Shown: positions 8,171-17,575, numbered from the stretch's first letter. The stretch: 60,775 bases of DNA from Patescibacteria group bacterium (GCA_038062175.1 JBBTXR010000007.1:1-60775), one strand, 5' to 3'. Notes: generated by a model from the sequence alone, not told the origin. Numbers and translations are program-made.

Positions 8171-10059
8171 GCGGGAAACGAGCGATAATCTCTGCGGTCA
8201 CCCTCATACCACTTACTGCGTGGCTGTTTTTAGCATGGCCGGAACTTTTCTCATTTCCGCCTGCGCCCCCGCCTGCGTTCGCCGCAACACTGACCTATGT
8301 GGGAGGAGCGGAAGCGAGCGGCAACAGTGCGTCATTCAACGTATCGCTCACCTCGCTTGCCGGTGGAAGTGGGAGTGCTGCGATCGAAGGCGATCTTGTC
8401 ATCGTGTCATCGGGATTTGTATCGACCGCAAACGGCAATCCGGGAGTGAGCACGTCAGGATTTGCTGAGCTCAATGACCTCTATGCTAACGATACGCGCG
8501 ACGCGAACTTCTCGGTGAGCTGGAAACTCATGACGAGTTCTCCGGACACGACCGTTGCCTGTAACGGGAGCGGTTCGGCAACCAACGGAGCGGTATGCGT
8601 CGTGCATGTATGGAGGAATGTCGATCAGACCACGCCCTTCGATGTTGCTTCCACATCGGTTGCCACAACGAATTCAGCGGCGCCCAACAGTCCCTCGATA
8701 GCGCCGACCACGGCCGGTGCGATCGTTATCGCAACGGGTCTTGGAACTGGCGCAGCGGATGATGCTGCGGTGACAGCACCGGCCGGATACGGCAATCAAG
8801 TGGATATCAGCGTTGACCCCGGAAACTCAGCAATCGTGGGCATTTCCTCGAAGGCGTGGGTCTCGGGTGCTGAGGATCCTGCGGCATGGACGAACTGGAC
8901 CACCTCCACCTCCGACTCCTACGCAGCGTTCACGCTTGCGCTTCGTCCGGCAGGGAATACCACCTACACGCAGTCCGCGTACCGCTGGTTCGCTAATACG
9001 AATGCAACCGATGTGGGTACTGCACTCGAGACCCAAGATGTTTCAGCATCGCTTTCAGCCGATGGCGAGGCATTTCGCCTACGCATGCTCTTGCATGTAG
9101 CAACAGCGAACCTATTCGCAAGCGGGCAGAACTTTAAGCTGCAGTTCGCAGAGCGTTCTGGCACCTGCGACACGGCGTTCTCAGGAGAGACCTACGCGGA
9201 TGTTACTGGGGCTACGGCGATTGCGTATAGTACCGCTAACACCGCTGCCGATGGTGACAATCTCACCTCAAATGCCAATGATCCGACGCACAGCGGGCAT
9301 ACGATTGTGAATCAGGACTATGAGGAGGCAAACAATTTCACCAACACGGTCGGTACCATCGTCTCAGGGCAGGACGGTAAATGGGACTTCTCACTCATCG
9401 ACAACAGTGCTCCGGACAATACCACCTACTGCTTTCGCGTCGTGAAGTCCGATGGTTCGGTGCTCGACAGTTATTCTGTCGTTCCCCAGATCACGACTTA
9501 TAATCCGACCTCCCTTACCTTTGTCGTGAGTCATGTTGATTTTCCTACGATTGCACCAGGTACGCCTTCGCATGCAACGACGACACTCTCGGTGGACACA
9601 ACGGATCCTAACGGCTGGAACGTCATTCTCTCGGGAGATGACCAGGGTACGAGCAACACGGTTATGGATCTTTCAACCGATGCAGCAGTCGGGATTACCG
9701 ATCAGACTGAGTGGATACCTGGGTCCGCGACCACCTCACCAGGGAATGCGGTGCGCATCAGCTCTTTTGATAGCGGAGGGGACGTCCTCGCGTTCCGCGT
9801 CATGACGGCGTCCGGAACACCCCTGTTCCGTGCTCCTACGTGGTGGGGAAGTACCGATACCTATGTGGATGCTGCGACCACACTTTGGGCCGGTATTGCG
9901 TCGTCGACGGCAAGTAATAAGAAAATAGGAGAATCGAGCGAAGACTCGGGAGGGGTACCGGTGCTTTCGAGTGTTCTGTATTACCTCGATGTACCAACCA
10001 GTCAACCGGTAGGTTCGTATAGTGGGGCACTGACCTACACTGCAACAGTGAATCCTTAA
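8167..10059 (+). CDS. Envelope operon protein P2: large secreted protein with a C-terminal WxL-like domain
   Basis: 630 aa. N-terminal anchor or signal, two unassigned beta-rich domains, and a C-terminal 180 aa paralogous to P3 (GWNVILSG ... GSYSGALTYTATVNP). Confidence 0.6.
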   Translation: MSGKRAIISAVTLIPLTAWLFLAWPELFSFPPAPPPAFAATLTYVGGAEASGNSASFNVSLTSLAGGSGSAAIEGDLVIVSSGFVSTANGNPGVSTSGFAELNDLYANDTRDANFSVSWKLMTSSPDTTVACNGSGSATNGAVCVVHVWRNVDQTTPFDVASTSVATTNSAAPNSPSIAPTTAGAIVIATGLGTGAADDAAVTAPAGYGNQVDISVDPGNSAIVGISSKAWVSGAEDPAAWTNWTTSTSDSYAAFTLALRPAGNTTYTQSAYRWFANTNATDVGTALETQDVSASLSADGEAFRLRMLLHVATANLFASGQNFKLQFAERSGTCDTAFSGETYADVTGATAIAYSTANTAADGDNLTSNANDPTHSGHTIVNQDYEEANNFTNTVGTIVSGQDGKWDFSLIDNSAPDNTTYCFRVVKSDGSVLDSYSVVPQITTYNPTSLTFVVSHVDFPTIAPGTPSHATTTLSVDTTDPNGWNVILSGDDQGTSNTVMDLSTDAAVGITDQTEWIPGSATTSPGNAVRISSFDSGGDVLAFRVMTASGTPLFRAPTWWGSTDTYVDAATTLWAGIASSTASNKKIGESSEDSGGVPVLSSVLYYLDVPTSQPVGSYSGALTYTATVNP

Positions 10060-10117
10060 TCGATCAGGTGGGGACAACAAAGCGCATGAATAGTTTTATA
10101 TACTATATAGTGACTAT

Positions 10118-10795
10118 ATGAATTCTTCATTTACGTTGCGAGACGTGCGAGCATTCCTTGCGGCGCTCATCATCACGACGCTCCTTTTTAGTTCGTTCTA
10201 TGCCTATCGTGCGCATGCTGAGGCAGTCACCCTCTCAGTGACCGTTTCTTCAGCACTTACCTTTACTACCTCAACCGATCAATTCGGCAGCATTTCTCCG
10301 GGCACGTACAAGATTGCAACAACGACCCTCTCAGTGACCACCAACAATGCCGCGGGCTGGAACATTACGCTCTATGGCGATAATCAGGGAACGTCCGATA
10401 CGGTACTTGATCTTGCAACCGATGCGGCAGTTGGGATTACCGATCAGACTGAGTGGGTTCCGGGAGCTGCAACGACCACAACGGGAAATGCTGTAGTGCG
10501 AGCATCGCTCGATAACTCTGCAGACGTTCTGGCGTTCCGCGTCATGACTGCTTCTTCCACCAACGGTACTTCCTTCCTTGCGCCATCGTGGTGGGGAACC
10601 ACCGACGCCGATGGCACGGCAAAGTTTGCCGGTATAGCCTCTAGCACCGTACAACGCCAGATCGGAAATGCCGGTACTGGCTCCTACAGTGCTTCTGCAC
10701 ACATCAATACCGTGCAGTACTATCTCGACGTTCCGGCATCTCAGCAGACGGGCTCGTACGACGGCGGTCTGACCTATACCGCGACCGCAAACTAG
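10118..10795 (+). CDS. Envelope operon protein P3: small secreted WxL-like protein (candidate major subunit)
   Basis: Signal peptide ending AHA-EA. GWNITLYG and the C-terminal GSYDGGLTYTATAN resemble the two WxL motifs. It has its own TATAGT hexamer (10106-10111) 6 nt before the ATG. Confidence 0.6.
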   Translation: MNSSFTLRDVRAFLAALIITTLLFSSFYAYRAHAEAVTLSVTVSSALTFTTSTDQFGSISPGTYKIATTTLSVTTNNAAGWNITLYGDNQGTSDTVLDLATDAAVGITDQTEWVPGAATTTTGNAVVRASLDNSADVLAFRVMTASSTNGTSFLAPSWWGTTDADGTAKFAGIASSTVQRQIGNAGTGSYSASAHINTVQYYLDVPASQQTGSYDGGLTYTATAN

Positions 10796-10811
10796 GGTGT
10801 ATAGTCTCCCC

Positions 10812-11729
10812 ATGGATATAAAGAGGACTCTGGGGTGCGCACTCCTCCTCGGAGTTCTTGCCGGGCCACTCGCGCTCTCTGCCGCTAGTACCGGACTTAC
10901 GATTCAGCCGGTGAAGATCTCGCACACCCTTGAGAAGGGTCAGTCGATCACCGGCTCCATATCACTTTCCAATGCGTCGGAGGAGGCGGTGAAAGTTGAA
11001 GTTAAGATTGAAGATTTTATCCCGAATGCCGGTGGAGACGGCGTAAAGTTTGTATCGCGCGCAGAGGGACTTACAACCGTACGCGACTGGATTACCCTCA
11101 ATGGGGGAACAGCAGAACTCACCCTTCAGAAGGGAGAGCAGACAAGCATACCGTATACCATTAATGCGCCGCAAAATGCAGAGCCTGGAAGTCACCTCGG
11201 CGTGGCCTTTTTCAAGGCAATTAATCTTGCCGACGCAGACAAGCAGCTTAAGGTGGGTACGCAGGTAGGTACGCTCATCTTCGTCACCGTTCCCGGCAAC
11301 TATCTCCAAAAGGGGCAGATACTTGAATTCAAGGGTCCGTTGTTTGCGCAAAGCGCACCGATTTCTTTCACGACCAAGTTTGAGAACACGGGCACGGTGC
11401 ACTTTGAACCGAAGGGAGTCATCAAGATCAAGAATCTCTTCGGTAAAACCATTGCAGAAGTTCCGGTAGAAGGTCAGGTGGTACTCCCAACCGGCATCAA
11501 GGATCTTACGACTGTATTTGCAACTGAGTCATTCCTGCTCGGTCGGTATGTCGCATCGATCGAGCTGCGCGACGGAGAAGGGAGTCTCCTCTCTGCCAAG
11601 GATCATGCGTTTTACGTGTTCCCTGTCTGGTACACGCTTGGATTTATCGCACTGCTCCTCGGACTATTCTTTGGGTTCAGACTCCTTGCATCCCGTGTAC
11701 ATATAAGCGTGAATCTTAAAGGCGAGTGA
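10812..11729 (+). CDS. Envelope operon protein P4: DUF916/DUF3324-like surface protein with a C-terminal TM anchor
   Basis: Signal peptide, then LTIQPVKISHTLEKGQSITGSISLSNASEEAVKVEV...APQNAEPGSHLGVAFF (DUF916-like). A second beta domain follows, then the TM LGFIALLLGLFFGF. The start could also be GTG 10797. Confidence 0.55.
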   Translation: MDIKRTLGCALLLGVLAGPLALSAASTGLTIQPVKISHTLEKGQSITGSISLSNASEEAVKVEVKIEDFIPNAGGDGVKFVSRAEGLTTVRDWITLNGGTAELTLQKGEQTSIPYTINAPQNAEPGSHLGVAFFKAINLADADKQLKVGTQVGTLIFVTVPGNYLQKGQILEFKGPLFAQSAPISFTTKFENTGTVHFEPKGVIKIKNLFGKTIAEVPVEGQVVLPTGIKDLTTVFATESFLLGRYVASIELRDGEGSLLSAKDHAFYVFPVWYTLGFIALLLGLFFGFRLLASRVHISVNLKGE

Positions 11730-11732
11730 TGA

Positions 11733-12707
11733 ATGAAAACGGTCTGCGGCCTCCTTCTTCTCGCGATCATTTTAATTCCCGCATCGGTCTATAGCGAGAG
11801 CACTGTCCTCTCGGTTACCGTGGTTGCACTCCCGCAATGCCAGGATGGTATCGATAATGATGGCGACACCCTCATCGACTACCCGCTTGATCTGGAGTGT
11901 GACACAGCTATCGATACGACCGAGAGCGTGGCTCCGCCACCAACGTCGAGTGGTGGGGGAGGAGGAGGGGGGAGCTCAAACTCAAACACCCAAGTCGCGT
12001 TTCGTGGAAAGGGATATCCGGGCAGCACGGTAACTATTCTCAAGGATGCGCGAATTGCCGCGTCCACGACTGCATCGCCCGATGGAGGATTCGATGTGAC
12101 GATAAAAGGACTCGCAGCAGGCACCTATACCTTTAGTGTGTATGGCACTGACTCTCGGGGTGTTCAGTCAGCCACCCATACGTTCACAGTAAGTCTGACT
12201 AATGGTGTCACAAACATCATTACTGGTATTTTTTTGCCACCCACCATCTCGTTGAACAAGAAGGAGGTTAAATATGGCGATGTCATACAAGTGCTCGGGC
12301 AGACGACTCCTTATGCGGAAGTGACCATATTTGTGAACTCTGCCCATGAGGTCGTAAAGAAGCTGCAGGCAGATGCGCAGGGGGCATGGCTTCTTAACTT
12401 CGATACTACAGAGATTGAGCGAGGGAATCACTCAACCCAGTCACGTGCGGCAAAGGCGGGAGAGATTAGTCCTCTGTCCAGGGCGCTTGAGTTCAAGGTT
12501 GGTGCGCAGAACATTTTCGCCGAAGATGTACGTACGGGGTGCACTACGTCAGATGCAAACTGTGATGGTCGTGTGAACTTGGTCGATTACTCGATACTTG
12601 TGTACTGGTTTAAGAGGAGTAATCCACCAGTAAGTGCCGATCTCAATGGTGATGGGGCAGTGACTATTATCGATTTCTCAATCATGGCATACAACTGGAA
12701 CGGCTAA
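11733..12707 (+). CDS. Envelope operon protein P5: secreted Ig-like repeat protein with a C-terminal dockerin
   Basis: Signal peptide, Ca-binding-like CQDGIDNDGDTLIDYP, a poly-Gly linker and two Ig-like modules. The C-terminus DANCDGRVNLVDYSILVYWF...DLNGDGAVTIIDFSIMAYNW is two dockerin type-I repeats. Confidence 0.7.
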   Translation: MKTVCGLLLLAIILIPASVYSESTVLSVTVVALPQCQDGIDNDGDTLIDYPLDLECDTAIDTTESVAPPPTSSGGGGGGGSSNSNTQVAFRGKGYPGSTVTILKDARIAASTTASPDGGFDVTIKGLAAGTYTFSVYGTDSRGVQSATHTFTVSLTNGVTNIITGIFLPPTISLNKKEVKYGDVIQVLGQTTPYAEVTIFVNSAHEVVKKLQADAQGAWLLNFDTTEIERGNHSTQSRAAKAGEISPLSRALEFKVGAQNIFAEDVRTGCTTSDANCDGRVNLVDYSILVYWFKRSNPPVSADLNGDGAVTIIDFSIMAYNWNG

Positions 12708-12708
12708 T

Positions 12709-13563
12709 ATGCGTACACTCATCCTCCTTATCTTCGGGTTCTGCATTCCACTTTCAGTCTCTGCTGCCACGGTATCGTTTGAACCACAGGCAAGTACGGC
12801 GGGCATAGATGGACCGTTTGTTATTGCGGTAAATCTCTCTGCAGATACCTATATAAACGCGCTCGATATACGCCTCATGGTTCCGCATTCACTTGAACCT
12901 ATCGATGTGTCCGATGGCAATTCCATCATTAATCTTTGGCTGGAGGAACCACACTTCGATGAGACTACGCGAATTCTTTCTTTTTCGGGCATTATTCCCC
13001 AGGGATTTATGGGCGAGCAGGGACGTCTTCTTACGATCACCATGCGGCCAGCTCTCTTAGAGAGTAGTGCGGAGCTAGAGCTCGATCCGGTAAGTGCTGC
13101 GTATGCAGGGGAGGGTGAGAAGGTTGCTCTTACCGCACTATCACTGAAGCTCCCGGTGGTTGCAACGCGCGGAAATATTGCAAACCCGATTCCGGACACT
13201 GATCCCCCCGAAGCATTTACGCCGATAGTGGTGCGAGAAGAACATCTCTATGAAGGAGCTCCAGTACTTTTGTTCTCTACGGTAGATAAGGGTTCTGGCA
13301 TTGCACGATATGAAGTGAAGGAGAGCTGGTTTGGAAATGTCTTCCCCTCTACTGGCTGGCGTTTGGCAACGAGTCCCTATCCGCTCCGCGATGGTGAACG
13401 AGCGAGCCATATTTATGTACGGGCCATCGACAAGACAGGTAACAGCAGTGTGGAGCATATGCAGCCTGAGCGAATACCGACCGTTATGTATGTTGTGCCG
13501 CTTATCGCCATACTTTCCATGCTAGTGTTTTGGTATGTTCGCCAGATGCGCGCTCGTCGTTAG
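12709..13563 (+). CDS. Envelope operon protein P6: cohesin-like domain protein with a C-terminal TM anchor
   Basis: Signal peptide, the cohesin-like segment VSFEPQASTAGIDGPFVIAVNLSADTYINALDIRLMVP...GRLLTITMRP, the shared motif DKGSGIARYEVKE, and the C-terminal TM VVPLIAILSMLVFWYV. Confidence 0.55.
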   Translation: MRTLILLIFGFCIPLSVSAATVSFEPQASTAGIDGPFVIAVNLSADTYINALDIRLMVPHSLEPIDVSDGNSIINLWLEEPHFDETTRILSFSGIIPQGFMGEQGRLLTITMRPALLESSAELELDPVSAAYAGEGEKVALTALSLKLPVVATRGNIANPIPDTDPPEAFTPIVVREEHLYEGAPVLLFSTVDKGSGIARYEVKESWFGNVFPSTGWRLATSPYPLRDGERASHIYVRAIDKTGNSSVEHMQPERIPTVMYVVPLIAILSMLVFWYVRQMRARR

Positions 13564-15250
13564 TCTCGTTGTGCTAGGAAGTATTCCATTACCGTTGTTT
13601 GCGGCGAGCCTCGATCTGTCTGGATCCGGTGGAGCGGTGGGTAGTACTATTTCCGTTCCAGTACGAGTGTCAGCAGGGAACGGCGAGTCACTCAATGCCG
13701 TATCTGCGCATATCGTATTCCCTCCAGATAAGCTCTCACTCGTGTCAGTTTCAAAGACGGGAAGTATCATCACGCTCTGGGCGCAGGAACCAACCTACTC
13801 CAATACTGCGGGCACCGTGTCGTTTGAAGGGGTCGTTCCGAATCCCGGTTACGCAGGACAGGGAGGCATGCTCGTCACGCTCTCGTTTCGGGTGCGTGCA
13901 CCAGGCACGGCAACACTTTCATTTGCGGGCTCCTCAGTGCTTGCCAATGACGGACAGGGTACCGAGATACTACGAAGCGCAACATCCCGCGTCTTTGCTC
14001 TTACGCAGACAGCCGCGCTCGAGACATCAGCACCAGTTCAAGCAGTTGCTCCGACGTCTGTCGTATCATCTGGTTTCCTGGTCAAATCACTTACGCACCC
14101 GGAACAGGATGCGTGGTACCGCGAGACAACCGGCTCATTTTCATGGCAGCTGCCGGAGGGGGTAACGGCGACCCGTCTTTTGCTGAGCAGAAATCCTTCA
14201 TCAGTACCGAGTGTGGTGTATGACACCCCACTCTCCTCAAAGACCATCGAGGGCATGCCCGAAGGCACCTCCTATCTTCTCGTGCAGCATAAGGTGGCTG
14301 GCGAGTGGGGTGCCATCGGACGGTACCGTATTAATATCGACACGACTCTTCCAAAGTCATTCCGCATCGTATTTCCTCATGGAGAGTCTGATGTGAATCC
14401 TCAGCCCATTATTCTTTTCAATACAATCGATACCGGATCAGGAATCGAACGGTATGAGGTGAAAATCGGCGACGGAGGATCGCAGCGCATGGCAGCCGCA
14501 GCCGATTCTAATCCCTATACGCTGCCGCTGCAGGAACCTGGCAGTCATGTCGTAACCGTTATTGCGTACGATGCGGCGGGTAATACGCAGACCGCGAGCG
14601 CTGAATTCTTCATCGAGGGCATTGATGCACCGATCATTACCTACTATCAGAGCGTTATTGAAGGAACTGATCTCGTGAAGGTGCGCGGTACTACCTATCC
14701 GAATTCAGATATAAACGCATACATTTATGAGGACGCTGAGCTCGTAGCTGAGGAATTCACTCGTAGCAATACACTCGGAGACTTTGCGTTCGTGGTTGCG
14801 AAGCGACTTACGCCAGGAACGTACAGTGTGACTGCGCGCGTTACCGATGCGCGTGGTGCACGAAGCGCAGAATCGGAACCGGTCACCGTTGTCATCAAGA
14901 GCAAGTTCCTCAGAGAGTTCGGCGACCTCGCGATCAATCATCCGCTCATTATCTCGATACTTGCGCTCATCCTGCTCGGTCTCGTGATAGCAGGGGTACT
15001 TGGAGTGTGCGCAGTCACCGGTGCATGCCGAAAGCTTCCGTCGATCTTCGGAAGAACAGAGAAGGTAACGAAGCGCTCGTTCGCACACCTCAAGCGGGAT
15101 CTGTCAGACCACTTAAAGGGATTGCACTCCCGGGGTACCTCGCATGGCCTCACCAAAGAGGAACTGCTTCTTCTCAAGCAGCTCCGCAGTGATCTCGATA
15201 AGGTTGAACGTGTTTTAGGAGGGAAGATCAAGGATGAGGACGGCTCGTAA
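13535..15250 (+). CDS. Envelope operon protein P7: cohesin-domain protein with an Ig-like module, a TM and a cytoplasmic tail
   Basis: Signal peptide, the cohesin-like segment GSTISVPVRVSAGNGESLNAVSAHIVFPPDKLSLVSV...GMLVTLSFRVRAPGTATLSF, then DTGSGIERYEVK. It carries an Ig-like module related to P5, a TM, and a 75-aa charged tail. Overlaps P6 by 29 nt. Confidence 0.6.
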   Translation: MFARCALVVSLVVLGSIPLPLFAASLDLSGSGGAVGSTISVPVRVSAGNGESLNAVSAHIVFPPDKLSLVSVSKTGSIITLWAQEPTYSNTAGTVSFEGVVPNPGYAGQGGMLVTLSFRVRAPGTATLSFAGSSVLANDGQGTEILRSATSRVFALTQTAALETSAPVQAVAPTSVVSSGFLVKSLTHPEQDAWYRETTGSFSWQLPEGVTATRLLLSRNPSSVPSVVYDTPLSSKTIEGMPEGTSYLLVQHKVAGEWGAIGRYRINIDTTLPKSFRIVFPHGESDVNPQPIILFNTIDTGSGIERYEVKIGDGGSQRMAAAADSNPYTLPLQEPGSHVVTVIAYDAAGNTQTASAEFFIEGIDAPIITYYQSVIEGTDLVKVRGTTYPNSDINAYIYEDAELVAEEFTRSNTLGDFAFVVAKRLTPGTYSVTARVTDARGARSAESEPVTVVIKSKFLREFGDLAINHPLIISILALILLGLVIAGVLGVCAVTGACRKLPSIFGRTEKVTKRSFAHLKRDLSDHLKGLHSRGTSHGLTKEELLLLKQLRSDLDKVERVLGGKIKDEDGS

Positions 15251-15293
15251 TACTAGGCTCGGAGTCACGGAAGGCATCGAAAACTAATGGACT

Positions 15294-16124
15294 CTATCTG
15301 CTAAACGTATTGCAGGCTTCCACTGAGCCAGTCTCGAACCCAATGGTAAACCAGCGCACGCGCTCTGCTGATGAGCCGTGCGTCCAGTTCTCAGGAGATA
15401 CCCGTCCGGTCGTTCTTTTCTGGATCCGATCATCACCAACGGCAGCAGCGGCATCAATCGCCTCCGTTATCTCGCCCTGCTCAAATACACCGAGATCTTT
15501 AATGGAGTGTGCCCACAGGCCCGCATAGCAATCTGCCTGGAGCTCTAGCTTGATCGATGCTTCGTTCGAGCCATCTCGTGCCACCTGATCGGACGTATCG
15601 AGCTGGTGCTGCACATGATGCCCAACCTCGTGCGCGATGACATAGGCTTGAGCGACGTCTCCACCCTGTGCACCGAACCGTGCGGTCAGTTCTTCAAAGA
15701 AGGTCTCATCGAGATAAATGGTTTCGTCAGGAGGGCAGTAGTGCGGACCTACGGAAGCGTCTGCTCCGCCACAGGACGACTGCGTCCTTCCACGGAAGAG
15801 TACGAGTGTTGGGGGTTCGTAGGTGCGGCCATTTGCCGCAAAGATCGTAGTCCAGGTTTCGTCAGCTGAACCCAGAACCGTTGAGGCGAATACTTCGTAT
15901 GAATCTGCTCCCTCAAAATCTGCCGCACTGTATGAACTTGCCGCCTGCTGGTTACTGAGTTCATTCAGTACGGTAGGGACAAGAGAGGATAGATCTCCAC
16001 CACCCAGAAAATTAAGCGCTATCACCAGCGCAAGACCGCCAAGCCCAAGACCGCCAGCGGCAGGTCCCAGACCGCGACGGTCCTGTACGTTACCGCGACC
16101 AGGTAGTTTGTCCCACAGTGCCAT
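15294..16124 (-). CDS. Putative neutral zinc metallopeptidase (YpfJ family)
   Basis: N-terminal Gly-rich TM, then GPHYCPPDETIYLDETFF and the AHEVGHHVQ zinc motif. TATGAT lies 6 nt upstream of the ATG. Confidence 0.75.
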   Translation of the reverse strand: MALWDKLPGRGNVQDRRGLGPAAGGLGLGGLALVIALNFLGGGDLSSLVPTVLNELSNQQAASSYSAADFEGADSYEVFASTVLGSADETWTTIFAANGRTYEPPTLVLFRGRTQSSCGGADASVGPHYCPPDETIYLDETFFEELTARFGAQGGDVAQAYVIAHEVGHHVQHQLDTSDQVARDGSNEASIKLELQADCYAGLWAHSIKDLGVFEQGEITEAIDAAAAVGDDRIQKRTTGRVSPENWTHGSSAERVRWFTIGFETGSVEACNTFSR

Positions 16125-16230
16125 ACAACCATCATAGGGTTCTTACATGAACAATTGCTGAGGTCCTTTGGGTACACTCGCACTTCACCCGTCCTTGCTA
16201 TGCTGGGTACATAGTCTTAACCCTGTCACC

Positions 16231-17130
16231 ATGCAAAAAATTATTCCGCATCTCTGGTTCGATACGCAGGCAGAAGAAGCGGCGAACTTTTATATCTCGC
16301 TCTTTAACGATTCAAAAATAACCGATGTCGCACACTACCCCGACGCGGGGAAGGAGATCACCGGCAAAGATGCCGGTTCGGTGATGACCGTTGCCTTTGA
16401 AATTAGTGGCTACTCCATCATCGCACTCAATGGTGGGCCACACTTCAACATAAACCCATCGATCTCGTTTATGGTGAACTGCGAGAGTAAGGAAGAAGTC
16501 GATCGGTTGTGGGGAGGACTCAGTAACGGTGGTACTGCACTCATGCCACTCGATGCGTATCCCTTCAGTGAACGCTACGGATGGATACAGGATCGATTCG
16601 GTATGTCATGGCAGATAAGTTATAGTCCCGCAGCATCACAGAAAATAATTCCTGCACTTATGTTCGTGGGTGACAACTGCGGTAAGGCAGAGGAAGCGAT
16701 CTCGCTTTATACTTCAATCGTCGATGACGCGAAGGTTGGCACACTCGTCAAATATCCTGCTGGTGTTGAGTACGGGAAAGAAGGAACGATCATGTTCGCA
16801 GACTTTATACTCTCCAGTCAGTCTTTTGCAGCGATGGATAGTGCCGGTCCGCATCAGTTCAACTTCAACGAAGGGGTGTCACTCCTCGTGAACTGTGAGA
16901 ATCAGGAAGAGATCGATCGCTACTGGTCAGCCTTGTCTGCATATCCCGAGAGCGAACAGTGCGGATGGCTCAAAGACAGGTACGGTCTCTCCTGGCAGAT
17001 CTCTCCGAAGGGCATGGACTACTTCTTCAAGAGTAATGATAGGGAAGCGGTGAATCGCGCAATGGCCGCGATGCTCTCCATGAAGAAGATTGACATTGCT
17101 GCTATGGAAGCTGCGGCGAGAGGCGCATGA
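16231..17130 (+). CDS. Tandem PhnB/YjdN-like VOC-fold protein (3-demethylubiquinone-9 3-methyltransferase-domain family)
   Basis: Two repeats of the KIIPxLWF/MF ... SWQI module. I chose the internal ATG at MQKIIPHLWFDTQAEEAANFY. Confidence 0.7.
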   Translation: MQKIIPHLWFDTQAEEAANFYISLFNDSKITDVAHYPDAGKEITGKDAGSVMTVAFEISGYSIIALNGGPHFNINPSISFMVNCESKEEVDRLWGGLSNGGTALMPLDAYPFSERYGWIQDRFGMSWQISYSPAASQKIIPALMFVGDNCGKAEEAISLYTSIVDDAKVGTLVKYPAGVEYGKEGTIMFADFILSSQSFAAMDSAGPHQFNFNEGVSLLVNCENQEEIDRYWSALSAYPESEQCGWLKDRYGLSWQISPKGMDYFFKSNDREAVNRAMAAMLSMKKIDIAAMEAAARGA

Positions 17131-17504
17131 AGTTAGACGCTGTTGGCGTGCCGAGCAGTAATCTTCAGAGAAGCATCGAATTCTATAGCCTTCTCGGGTT
17201 CACGTTCCATGCATATACCGACCAGTCACATATCGAGGCAGTCTCGAAAACGGGAGAAGTGCGCCTCATGCTTGATGCTGTTTCTGTGGTTGTGGATATC
17301 CTCGGCCATGCTCCTGTGCCTGCCAACTACTCTGTGTTCGCCCTACGCTACGATTCTCCTCATGAAGTAGATGAGATAACGAGATTGGCGTTCGCCGCCG
17401 GTTTCACGTTAGTAAAAGAGCCGTGGAATGCGGTCTGGGGTCAGCGGTACGCAATCATGAAGGATCCAGATGGAACCCTCATAGATCTCTTCGCAACGCT
17501 CTAA
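17127..17504 (+). CDS. Glyoxalase/bleomycin-resistance (VOC) family protein
   Basis: 125 aa with the VOC pattern (IEFYSLLGF ... DPDGTLIDLF). Overlaps the upstream stop by 4 nt. Confidence 0.7.
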   Translation: MKLDAVGVPSSNLQRSIEFYSLLGFTFHAYTDQSHIEAVSKTGEVRLMLDAVSVVVDILGHAPVPANYSVFALRYDSPHEVDEITRLAFAAGFTLVKEPWNAVWGQRYAIMKDPDGTLIDLFATL

Positions 17505-17575
17505 CAAGCACCTCATACAGCGCCGCCGAGAAAGTGGTGGATATACTTAGTGACGAACCAACTCACTGTCACTTC

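Noticed and set aside
9691-10456. Near-identical DNA segments in P2 and P3 considered as a DGR template/variable repeat pair
   Set aside because: No reverse transcriptase gene is present. The differences between the copies involve all base types, not adenine-specific changes. The similarity extends over a whole protein domain, so this is a paralogous duplication.
17423-17575. N-terminal 51-aa extension of the large beta-helix protein ORF
   Set aside because: The extension overlaps the 3' end of the VOC gene. The signal peptide begins at the internal Met (17576).
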